A DNA stretch of 62,107 nt, the filler included. It is 9 parts of 9 records of this genome, joined end to end, with 100 filler letters (N's around TTAATTAATTAA, not from the genome) between each part and the next. Parts side by side here need not be neighbours in the genome. Positions count along the whole stretch, not along the records: positions 8,379 to 14,144 come from SRR31156797_37991; positions 14,245 to 19,878 come from SRR31156797_37997; 7 more parts are not named here. One strand, given 5' to 3'. Each line of letters begins with the position of its first letter. Position 1 is the stretch's first letter. Below are positions 8,831-17,259 of the stretch, in pieces. The notes beneath the pieces were generated by a model. That model saw nothing but the letters and a program-made list of their open reading frames with translations. It was not told the DNA's origin and searched no databases. The position numbers and the translations under genes were made by a program.

Positions 8831-11082
8831 CACTTCTTTTGTCGGCGTGTTACCTTTCCAATTGAGAAAAAGAGGAGATAAATAAAGAGAATTCCCCCGA
8901 TCCCGGCGGCAATGAAGGCGGGATTATGCCCCTCGACAATTTGATAGAAGAGGGTGGCAATAGACCAGCCGAGAACCGTCAGATATATCGCCTGCAGAAT
9001 CCCGTAGCCGACGCCCATCTGCCGGACGGAAGCGGCAAAGGCAGCCACACAGGGAAAGTAGATCAGGACGAAGAGAAGATAGGCGTAGGCCGAAGCGGGG
9101 GTAAAATTGAGTCTTAAATTCCGGAATATACCCTCATTCTCTTCAGAACCCGCACCCTCGGTATCTCCGGCAAAACCAAAGACCCCGACCAGCCCGGCGG
9201 GAATGGAGGCAAAGGCCTCGACAATGCCTCGGCCGAAGGAGAACTCCTCGGTCTCATCTGTATTCCTGGCCGCCTCATCCTGACCATAGAGGACAGAGAG
9301 GGTTCCTACAATCGACTCCTTGGCCAGAACACCGGTAAAGAGTCCCACCGTGGCTGGCCAGTTCTCTTTTTCGATCCCCATAGGTTTGAATATGGGGGTC
9401 ACCTTCTGCCCGGCCACGGATAGGAGAGCCTTTTCGCTGTTTTCATTCCCCATGGTTCCATCGGTCCCCATGGAGGAGAAAAACCCCAGGACAAAAACAG
9501 AAAAAACGATGATCTTTCCCGCCCGCAGGATGAAAGCTTTCAGTCGGATCCAGGTATGCAGGAGGATATGGTGAAACCGGGGCGAATGGTAACGGGGCAA
9601 TTCCATGATAAGATGGGAGGGCTCTCCTTTGAAGAGCGTTCCCTTTACCAGAAAACCGGTTATCACCGCAAGAACAATTCCAATCAGGTAGAGAGAAAAG
9701 ACAATCCCGCCGCTCCGCCGTTCAAAAAAGGCGGCGGCAAAGAGGGCATACACCGGAAGCCGGGCCCCGCAGGACATAAGAGGGGTCATAAAGATCGTCA
9801 TCTTCCTGTCTTTTTCCGTATCCAGGGTCCGGGTGGCCAGGATGGCCGGGACGGTGCAGCCAAAACCAACAAGCATGGGAACAAAGGCTTTTCCCGGAAG
9901 CCCTAAAAAACCCATGAAATTGTCCATAACGTAGGCGGCCCGGGCCATATAACCCGAATCTTCCAGAATAGACATCATGAAAAACATAAAGAAAATAAAC
10001 GGTACAAAGGTTGCTACCGCCTGTATTCCCGAACCAAAGCCACCGGCCAGGATGACAACAAGCCAGTCCGGCGTATTAAGACCCGCCAGAAGGGCACCCA
10101 GACCATCGACAAAAATCGTTCCGAAAAGGATATCAAAAAAATCAGCGAAGGCACCACCCAGGTTGATTGTCACCCAGAAAACGACATACATTGCCGCCAG
10201 AAAGACGGGAATTCCAAGAAAACGGTGCATCGCTATTGCATCGATCCTGTCTGTCCGGGACCGCTTCTCTTTTTCGATCCGGATGACCTCTTTTCCGATG
10301 GAATTGGCCATTCCGAATTTGTAATCGGCAATCACCACATCAGGACTGTCTCCGAGGAGCGATTCTATCCTCTCCAGTGACTCCCGGTACTCTTCCAGGG
10401 GAAACTGATCATCGTTTTCCACCGTTGTCAGAACATCAGGATCCTCCTCCGCCAGCCTGACAGCCATCCAGCGGGGAGCAACTCCCAGCCGATCAGCCTC
10501 TTCCGTCAGGTAGGGACTCCATCGGGAAAAAAGGTCTTCCAGTTCATTGGGGTAGTGGATAAAAAGATCAGAGATCGGCGGTTCCTCCAGATGATTGGAA
10601 ATATGCCCCTTGATCCGTTCCACATCCTTCGGTTCAATCGCGCTGCCCCCGTAAACGGGCGCCTTCAGATGGGTCGTCAGATGGTTTTTATCAATCCGGA
10701 TCTTCCTTTTCTCCGCCAGGTCGGTCATATTAAGAAGAACAATGACAGGGATTCCCATCTCGATAATCTGGCTGGTCAGATAGAGATTCCGGGTCAGATT
10801 AGTGGCATCAAGAATATTAACAACGAGATCCGCCTCTTTGGTCAGGAGATAATCCCGGGCAGCACGCTCATCTTCGGAATTGGCGGAAAGGGAGTAGATT
10901 CCCGGAAGATCGACGACCTTGATCGAGGTCTCCCCATAGTCATAATGACCTTCTACCTTCTCTACTGTGACCCCCGGCCAGTTTCCTATTGTCTGATCGG
11001 AACCGGTCAAGGCATTAAAAAGTGTACTCTTACCACAGTTGGGATTGCCCGCCAGGGCGATTGTATATGTCTTATTATTCAT
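8830..11082 (-). CDS. feoB: Ferrous iron transport protein B
   Basis: GNPNCGKS, GNWPGVTVE, DLPGIYSL and NMTD G-motifs; gate motifs GFGCTVPA, MSCGARLPVY and YFPCVA. Confidence 0.96.
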   Translation of the reverse strand: MNNKTYTIALAGNPNCGKSTLFNALTGSDQTIGNWPGVTVEKVEGHYDYGETSIKVVDLPGIYSLSANSEDERAARDYLLTKEADLVVNILDATNLTRNLYLTSQIIEMGIPVIVLLNMTDLAEKRKIRIDKNHLTTHLKAPVYGGSAIEPKDVERIKGHISNHLEEPPISDLFIHYPNELEDLFSRWSPYLTEEADRLGVAPRWMAVRLAEEDPDVLTTVENDDQFPLEEYRESLERIESLLGDSPDVVIADYKFGMANSIGKEVIRIEKEKRSRTDRIDAIAMHRFLGIPVFLAAMYVVFWVTINLGGAFADFFDILFGTIFVDGLGALLAGLNTPDWLVVILAGGFGSGIQAVATFVPFIFFMFFMMSILEDSGYMARAAYVMDNFMGFLGLPGKAFVPMLVGFGCTVPAILATRTLDTEKDRKMTIFMTPLMSCGARLPVYALFAAAFFERRSGGIVFSLYLIGIVLAVITGFLVKGTLFKGEPSHLIMELPRYHSPRFHHILLHTWIRLKAFILRAGKIIVFSVFVLGFFSSMGTDGTMGNENSEKALLSVAGQKVTPIFKPMGIEKENWPATVGLFTGVLAKESIVGTLSVLYGQDEAARNTDETEEFSFGRGIVEAFASIPAGLVGVFGFAGDTEGAGSEENEGIFRNLRLNFTPASAYAYLLFVLIYFPCVAAFAASVRQMGVGYGILQAIYLTVLGWSIATLFYQIVEGHNPAFIAAGIGGILFIYLLFFSIGKVTRRQKK

Positions 11083-11332
11083 GCGCTTCAGTAACTAATA
11101 CGTGAGCCGACATACCGGCTCCCAGAACAACACGGGAATGCTGGACCTCCAGAACCATCGGATATCCGCCGCCGCCCCGGATACAGATCATATGAACTCC
11201 AGGTACAATTCCCAGATTAAGGAGTCTCTGCCGCAGGGTGCGGCCTCCCCGGATCTGCACAACTTTAACGAGGTCATTCGGTTTGGATGATGAAAGGGAG
11301 AAGGCTTCCCCCTGGACCGTATGATGATTCAA
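11075..11332 (-). CDS. feoA: Ferrous iron transport protein A
   Basis: LRQRLLNLGIVPG...SRVVLGAGMSAHVLV SH3-like motif; overlaps the feoB start. TTG at 11332 follows RBS AGGAGG. Confidence 0.88.
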   Translation of the reverse strand: MNHHTVQGEAFSLSSSKPNDLVKVVQIRGGRTLRQRLLNLGIVPGVHMICIRGGGGYPMVLEVQHSRVVLGAGMSAHVLVTEAHE

Positions 11333-11391
11333 GAAATCCCTCCTGAAGAAACTGCTAACCATTTCTCAGTTAGTTAGCCTCTCCTTTTTGA

Positions 11392-11420
11392 AGATTATCG
11401 ATAATCTGCCCTAAAGTCAA
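11392..11420 (-). promoter_or_regulatory. feoA promoter (-35 TTGACT) with a perfect 16-bp palindrome over the -10
   Basis: Minus strand reads TTGACT-N17-TAATCT. Palindrome AGATTATCGATAATCT lies at 11392-11407. Confidence 0.5.
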
Positions 11421-11532
11421 GTTTATTGACCTTAACTGAAGCCCTTATTATCAGAAAATAAAACAAAGAAATCAGTAATCTTTCGTTAGCATCTTCCTTT
11501 CGATTTTTTATGAGCAAATGTAAACAAAATAA

Positions 11533-11581
11533 TTGACATTTTATGAACTATAGTGTAATTTAATATTGTGCATATGCACAA
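11533..11581 (+). promoter_or_regulatory. Sigma70 promoter and palindromic operator of the DUF134 operon
   Basis: TTGACA(11533)-N17-TAATTT. Perfect palindrome TTGTGCATATGCACAA at 11566-11581, between the -10 and the RBS. Confidence 0.6.
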
Positions 11582-11591
11582 AGGAGGTCCA

Positions 11592-11891
11592 ATGTCCCCC
11601 TGTAGGAAGAAAAGATTCTGCCGGGACCTTGAAGGGCAGAGAGGATTCAAGCCCATGGGTATTCCCGGGCTGGGCCTGCCGGTGAATCACATTGAGCTTG
11701 ATGAATTTGAAGCCATACGACTCTGCGATCTGGAAGGAAAGAATCAAATTGAAGCCGGTGAGGCCATGGGTGTCTCCCGGGGAACAATCCAGAGGCTCCT
11801 GACCTCTGGAAGAGCTAAAATAGTGCAGGCCCTGTTGGAAAACAGGATAATAATAATTGACAATCCAGAGGAGGATGTTAGTAATGAGTAG
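11592..11891 (+). CDS. DUF134 domain (HTH) protein
   Basis: FKPMGIP...DEFEAIRLCDLEGKNQIEAGEAMGVSRGTIQRLL. RBS AGGAGG precedes ATG 11592. Confidence 0.88.
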   Translation: MSPCRKKRFCRDLEGQRGFKPMGIPGLGLPVNHIELDEFEAIRLCDLEGKNQIEAGEAMGVSRGTIQRLLTSGRAKIVQALLENRIIIIDNPEEDVSNE

Positions 11892-12261
11892 TATCGACAC
11901 AAGGGCGGCGGTGCCCACCAACGACCAGGCAACGGTCTCGGCCCACTTCGGCCACTGCAAATACTTTGCCGTTTACAATATCAGTGAAGGAAATATAATC
12001 GAAACCGAATACCTCGATGCCCCCAAACATGCACCGGGTGTTCTGCCCAAATACCTGGCCGATCACAAGGTAAATGTAATCATCGCCGGGGGAATGGGTG
12101 CCATGGCCAAAGACCTCTTTGCCCAGAACGACATCGAAGTGATTATGGGAGCCGACGGCCGGCTGGAAGACAATATGAAAACCTACCTGGAAGGGGAACT
12201 CTACTCCAGGGGTACGGTCTGTGATCACAATCACGGCGACCACGACGGCTGCGATCATTAG
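11884..12261 (+). CDS. NifB/NifX-family (MTH1175 / Orange-protein-like) protein with a His/Cys-rich tail
   Basis: VSAHFGHCKYF, VIIAGGMG and tail CDHNHGDHDGCDH. Confidence 0.85.
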   Translation: MSSIDTRAAVPTNDQATVSAHFGHCKYFAVYNISEGNIIETEYLDAPKHAPGVLPKYLADHKVNVIIAGGMGAMAKDLFAQNDIEVIMGADGRLEDNMKTYLEGELYSRGTVCDHNHGDHDGCDH

Positions 12262-12286
12262 AACAACTGTCAAAAAAGGAAAAAAG

Positions 12287-12655
12287 ATGAAAATTGCATT
12301 TTGCTTAAAAGAGAATAATTTTGAATCGGTATTGGACGGACGCTTCGGCCGGGCCGAATTCTACGGGCTCATCGAGGAAGACACCGGAGAAGAGCTGACA
12401 GTCCTGGAAAACTCAGCCAAAACGAATCCCTCGGGTGCCGGTTCCGGAGCTGTACAGCTCCTGGTTAATAACGGTGTGGAAGCTGTGGTTGCACCCGAAT
12501 TCGGACCGAAGGCTTTTGACGCCCTGAATAGATTTGGAATTGTAACTTACAAACAGGGAAGCTGCACATCGGTGACCGAAGCCATGCAAGCCTACCGGGA
12601 GGGAATTCTGGAACAGCCGGCAGCCCCCGGTCACGGCGGACTTCACAAAGCGTAA
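12287..12655 (+). CDS. NifB/NifX-family (MTH1175 / Orange-protein-like) protein
   Basis: LDGRFGRAEF, SGAGSGAVQ and FGPKAFDAL motifs. Confidence 0.85.
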   Translation: MKIAFCLKENNFESVLDGRFGRAEFYGLIEEDTGEELTVLENSAKTNPSGAGSGAVQLLVNNGVEAVVAPEFGPKAFDALNRFGIVTYKQGSCTSVTEAMQAYREGILEQPAAPGHGGLHKA

Positions 12656-12669
12656 GAAAAAGGCGAAAA

Positions 12670-13542
12670 ATGGAAATAGCGGTATTAAGCGGTAAAGGGG
12701 GGACGGGAAAGACGACCGTCTCCCTGAACATGGCCCGGGCGGCAGGTGAAACAGAGCTCTTCGACTGCGATGTGGAAGAACCCAACGGTCATATATTTCT
12801 CAAGCCCGAGGTGGTGGAAGAGAAGAGAGTCGCCATCGAAATTCCTGAAATCGACAGGGAAAAATGCACCAACTGCGGCGCCTGTGCCCGCTTCTGCCGG
12901 TTCAACTGTTTTATCTCCTCTCCGAGCCTGACCATCGTCATGCCCGAACTCTGCCACTCCTGCGGCGGATGTGAAATGGTCTGTGAGGCCGGAGCCATAT
13001 CCTATAAAACCAGAGAGACCGGATCGATCCTGCGGGGGAAAACCGGTCAGATAAACCTCTCCTGGGGACTTCTGGATGTCGGCGAACTCTCGGGGGTCAA
13101 GATCATCGGTGAACTGCGGAGAGGAGAGCCCTCCACAGCTTTAAGAATCACCGACTGCCCCCCGGGAACCGCATGCTCAACGGTAGAGGCGGTGGAGAAC
13201 GCCGATTTCGCCCTGCTCGTTGCCGAACCGACCCCCTTCGGGATCAGCGACATGCTGATGGTCGCCGCAATGTTGAAAGCCCTGGAAGTTCCCACAGGGC
13301 TGGTCATCAACAAGGCCGGCCTGGGGGATGACAAACTGAAAGAGGTCTGCCGGAAAGAGGGAATTCCCATTCTGGGAGAGATTCCCTTCTCCAGAGAGGC
13401 CGCGTCCATCTACGCCCGGGGAGGTCTCCTCTACGATGAGTCGGAAGCACTGCGGAGCCTTTTTGATCAACTCCTTGAAAACGTTCAAAATAAAGCTGAG
13501 GAAGCCGTGGAAGAAAAAAAACAGCGGCAGGATGTGAAATGA
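12670..13542 (+). CDS. MinD/CobQ-like P-loop ATPase with inserted 2x[4Fe-4S] ferredoxin domain (COG1149)
   Basis: SGKGGTGKTT, DCDVEEPN, CTNCGACARFC, CHSCGGCEMVC and DCPPGTAC. Confidence 0.88.
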   Translation: MEIAVLSGKGGTGKTTVSLNMARAAGETELFDCDVEEPNGHIFLKPEVVEEKRVAIEIPEIDREKCTNCGACARFCRFNCFISSPSLTIVMPELCHSCGGCEMVCEAGAISYKTRETGSILRGKTGQINLSWGLLDVGELSGVKIIGELRRGEPSTALRITDCPPGTACSTVEAVENADFALLVAEPTPFGISDMLMVAAMLKALEVPTGLVINKAGLGDDKLKEVCRKEGIPILGEIPFSREAASIYARGGLLYDESEALRSLFDQLLENVQNKAEEAVEEKKQRQDVK

Positions 13543-14144
13543 AAAAGGTCAAAGAAATAGTCATCATCTCCGGAAAGGGCGGAACAGGAAAAACAACCCT
13601 CACCGCCTCAATTATCCCTTTTCTGGACAATCCGGTTCTAGCCGACTGCGACGTCGACGCTCCGGATCTTCACCTGCTGCTGAAACCGGAACTGAAAAAC
13701 CGGGAGGATTTCATCGGCACCCATAAGGCAGAGGTCGATCCGGCCCTTTGCACATCCTGCGGGCTCTGTGAAGAGAAGTGCCGCTTCGGGGCCATAACCG
13801 TCAAAGGAGAAGCTGCCGGGGTCAACAGGATCAAGTGTGAAGGCTGCGGTGTCTGTGAATTTGTATGCCCTGCCAAAGCGGTGGTTCTGAAAGAAGCGGC
13901 CGTCGGAGAAATCTATGAATCGGACACGATCTACGGCCCCATGCACCACGCCCGGCTTATTCCCGGAGAGGAAACCTCGGGTAAACTGGCGGCCGCCGTA
14001 CGAAACAGAGCCAAAGAGAACGCCAAAGCCGAAGACCGTCCCTTCTCCATTGTTGACGGTTCCCCGGGAATCGGCTGCGCCGTTATTTCCTCGATCACCG
14101 GTGCCTGGAAGGCCGTCATTGTCACCGAACCGACCCTCTCGGGC
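13539..14144 (+). CDS. Second COG1149 Fe-S P-loop ATPase (3'-truncated)
   Basis: SGKGGTGKTT, DCDVDAPD, CTSCGLCEEKC, CEGCGVCEFVCP and DGSPGIGC. ATGA overlap with the preceding gene. Confidence 0.88.
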
Positions 14145-14244
14145 NNNNNNNNNNNNNNNNNNNNNNNNNNNNNNNNNNNNNNNNNNNNTTAATTAATTAA
14201 NNNNNNNNNNNNNNNNNNNNNNNNNNNNNNNNNNNNNNNNNNNN
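14145..14244. other. Artificial contig linker
   Basis: 44 N + TTAATTAATTAA + 44 N. Confidence 0.99.
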
Positions 14245-14337
14245 CTAAGAAACAAAGCTTGGTTCGACCGCGGGCGACACCTCAAAAACTTTGTTACTTC
14301 AATTTTTTAGCTACACCATAGATGTAGCTCAGCTACT
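14245..14337 (-). repeat. Dispersed non-coding element, copy A (MITE-like; truncated by the contig end)
   Basis: Reverse complement starts AGTAGCTGAGCTACATCTATGGTGTA, identical over 26 nt to 22897-22922, and stays colinear with that copy for ~93 nt. Confidence 0.8.
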
Positions 14338-14345
14338 CGTGATGG

Positions 14346-14846
14346 TCATGTCCCTGATTGTTCCTCGGCCAACCGTGCGGCCGCATCGGCCCGAATAAGG
14401 GCCGCGAACGCCTCCTCTTCGGCAAAGATCAACGCGCCGGTAGGACAGGCGGCTGTGCAGGCCGGCGACTCCCGGTCCGGACACCGGTCGCACTTGACCG
14501 CCACACGACGTTCCTGCAGCCGTCCAACCACGCCGTATGGGCAGACCATCACACACATCCAGCACCCGATGCACCTGTCCGTATCCTGGGTGACCAGCCT
14601 GGTGAGCTCGTCCTGAAGCAGGGCGCCGGTCCGGCAGGCGCGGACGCATGGGGCGTCTTCACAGTGCCGGCATAATAACGGCACTTTTTGTTCCTCGATG
14701 TACAAACGCTTGCGGGGCGCCGGAGTCTCCGTCATCGCCCCGAATAGCGACTTGCTCTCAGAATGCTCGACCGCGCAGGCCAGCTCGCATGAATGGCAGC
14801 CCACGCAACGGTCCAACCTGACGAAAATTTCTTTTGATCCGGACAT
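14346..14846 (-). CDS. cooF: CO dehydrogenase Fe-S electron-transfer subunit (4x[4Fe-4S])
   Basis: CVGCHSCELAC, CRHCEDAPCVRAC, CIGCWMCVMVCPYG and KCDRC...PACTAACPTGAL; directly downstream of cooS. Confidence 0.85.
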   Translation of the reverse strand: MSGSKEIFVRLDRCVGCHSCELACAVEHSESKSLFGAMTETPAPRKRLYIEEQKVPLLCRHCEDAPCVRACRTGALLQDELTRLVTQDTDRCIGCWMCVMVCPYGVVGRLQERRVAVKCDRCPDRESPACTAACPTGALIFAEEEAFAALIRADAAARLAEEQSGT

Positions 14847-14867
14847 ATTTCGCTCCCCTCTCCGAGA

Positions 14868-16766
14868 CTAAAGCCCCAGACCTGCACGGCGTTCGTCAAT
14901 GGCCGCCAGCAGTTTGTCGGCCGCCGAATCCGGATTCAAATCAACTATGAAATAACCGCCGGTCAGGTCCTTGACCGTCGAAGTCAACACTTCGGCCACC
15001 GCGGCCGAGCCCAGGACCGGCAGCATCACTCCCACGTGAGTGGGCAGACCCGCGGCAACAGCATAGGCCCCTATAGAAACCGCCTTTTCCGAAACCGCCT
15101 CGGCCGCCGAAGCAACCACCGGAATCTTGTCCGTGTCCACGCCCAGTTTATTGGCCACGGCAACGGCCAGGGCCACGGCCCGTGAATTATCCACGCAAGA
15201 TCCCAAGTGAAGGATCGGGGGCAAAGGTCCACCCAGGTCGTTGGCCTCGCCGATGGCCGTCAGCACGGCCTTGAGGCCCTCGCCGCACAACTCGTCTACC
15301 CGGCCCGGATCCATGAAGCCATGACGCATCAGGGCGCCGGCGCCGCAACCCGTGGCAACCACAAGAACGTTCTCTTTGAGCAGCCTTTTGGCGATGGTTA
15401 TAAAATTGAGGTCCTGGGGAACCTTGACATTGTTGCAACCGGCAAACAAACAGACGCCCCGGATGTTTCCGGCTGCAATGTTGTCGATGACGGGTTTGAG
15501 CGGGTCTTCGGCATCAAGCTTGGACAGGGCGCCGACAATGGTTTCCACCGAAAAACCCGCTACGACCGTGCTGGATATTTCCGGTATGTCAACGGTCTTG
15601 CCTTTCCTTTTATTGAAATTGCCTATGGCCAGGCGGACAATTTCCATTGCGGTCTCGGCTGCCTGCTCCTCTTTAAACTCAACATGCGTCGCGCCCGGGA
15701 TCTTGGCGTTGGCCATGGTGGTGATCACGGTGGAACCCGTGCATTCCGCGATCTGGGTCACGGCAGGCATAATGCATTGGTAGTCAACGACCATGGCGTC
15801 CAGGGTGCCGGTGACCAGGGCCATCTCCTGGCTGACCGAATGTGTGCAGGCCGGCACGCCGTGGCGCATCATAACCTCGTTGCCCGTGCAGCAAATCCCC
15901 ACAATATTGACCCCTTCCGCCCCGGCCGCCTTGGCTTCAGCCTCCATCTGAGGGGCGGCGGATACAATCAATTCCGACAGGACCGGATTATGACCGTGGA
16001 CGGCGATGTTGACCGACCCCGTCTTGAGCACGCCCAAATTGGCGCTAGTCACTTGCGGTCCTGGAATGCCGAATAGGATGTCGGCCAGATCTGTGCCCAT
16101 GTAGCACCCAGCCAGGTCGGCCACGCCGCAGCGCAAACCGGCCAATAGCAGGTTAACCGGGTCCGCGTCCACACCGTACAAAGTCCGGTGCATAATGTCG
16201 GATATCTCGTAATCAATACCTTTTGGTACAATCCCCAACTCGGACAACACTTTGACCCTGCCTTCGGTTACAACCGTTGCCGCCCACATGACCGGGGTTT
16301 CTTTCTCATGAAAGTCGGCAAGGGCGGCCAGGGCTACGTCTTTTGCAATTTCATTGTCAGCTCGACCTTCGACTTCGATCCCGTGGCGCTGGGCCACGGC
16401 CCTTAGTTTGTCTGGTTCCTTGATCTGATAGGCCGGGGCCTGGCCGTCCGCCATCTTGAGCATGGTGTGGGCCAAGTGACGGGCGTGACCGGCATGGGCG
16501 GCCGTGCCGGCCGCGATAGCCCGGTCGATGCCTCGTGCGACCATGGTGTCGGCGCTCGCCCCGCAGATGCCTCTCTTGGGTTCATCTCCAAAAGGATTGA
16601 TGCGGCAGGGCCCCTGCAGGCAATGGCGGCAGCAGAGGCCCGTTTCACCAAAACCGCATTGAGGCTGCATGGCATTGTGCCGATCCCAGACTGTATTCAA
16701 GCCCAGGACATCGGCCTTGGCGATCATCTTTCGGACTGCAGGATCCATACTTTTTTCGTTGGACAT
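14868..16766 (-). CDS. cooS: Anaerobic Ni,Fe carbon monoxide dehydrogenase catalytic subunit
   Basis: D/B-cluster motif CGFGETGLCCRHCLQGPC...CG; HAGHARH; all C-cluster ligand motifs (HGHNP, CCTGNE, DYQC, GCNN, TGCG, GSCVD); SEKA lysine. Confidence 0.96.
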   Translation of the reverse strand: MSNEKSMDPAVRKMIAKADVLGLNTVWDRHNAMQPQCGFGETGLCCRHCLQGPCRINPFGDEPKRGICGASADTMVARGIDRAIAAGTAAHAGHARHLAHTMLKMADGQAPAYQIKEPDKLRAVAQRHGIEVEGRADNEIAKDVALAALADFHEKETPVMWAATVVTEGRVKVLSELGIVPKGIDYEISDIMHRTLYGVDADPVNLLLAGLRCGVADLAGCYMGTDLADILFGIPGPQVTSANLGVLKTGSVNIAVHGHNPVLSELIVSAAPQMEAEAKAAGAEGVNIVGICCTGNEVMMRHGVPACTHSVSQEMALVTGTLDAMVVDYQCIMPAVTQIAECTGSTVITTMANAKIPGATHVEFKEEQAAETAMEIVRLAIGNFNKRKGKTVDIPEISSTVVAGFSVETIVGALSKLDAEDPLKPVIDNIAAGNIRGVCLFAGCNNVKVPQDLNFITIAKRLLKENVLVVATGCGAGALMRHGFMDPGRVDELCGEGLKAVLTAIGEANDLGGPLPPILHLGSCVDNSRAVALAVAVANKLGVDTDKIPVVASAAEAVSEKAVSIGAYAVAAGLPTHVGVMLPVLGSAAVAEVLTSTVKDLTGGYFIVDLNPDSAADKLLAAIDERRAGLGL

Positions 16767-17259
16767 TTTTCCCCAATACCTCCCTGAACCGAAACCCGAA
16801 AGCCGAAAACCGCCGCGGAAACAACCCCGGCCTTCGGGGAAGGATGTGGATATGACTGATATCCGCCCACTGGAGAGGGCGTTCTTTTTTTTATCTTTTT
16901 ATCTCGAATTATGCAGCCTTCACCGCGTTTTTCATAGTCCGGCAAGGTTGCGCTGCATCTTACCTTTGAAATAGGCAATTATTTATATCGGTGGGAATTT
17001 AACTTCCGGCCAAAAGGAGGTTATGGCAAAACAAACTGAAAAGAATCTTTTCCCCTATACAATAAGGTAATCTACTGCTGCCAACGATGCAAACCTAATT
17101 TGCAAAGGCGTAGGGTCTTCTGTAAACGGTTGATGGTCGGCCCAAACTTCGGCCGAAGACCCGCCCCATTATTTGACAATGTTAACAATATGGTATTTAC
17201 TATCAATCTGAAAATCGGCTGTCTGTTTTTATAGAGACAACAGCCCCTTTGGAGTCGCC

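Noticed and set aside
16770-17000. Sigma54 promoter, CooA box, or NiCo/Moco riboswitch upstream of cooS
   Set aside because: No GG-N10-GC with correct spacing, no TGTCA-N6-CGACA, and none of the riboswitch consensus blocks were found by eye.
17015-17070. AGGAGG followed by a 15-codon ORF MAKQTEKNLFPYTIR, with a Cys-rich -1 frame after it
   Set aside because: RBS-to-ATG spacing is only 2 nt, with no recognisable homology or convincing slippery site.
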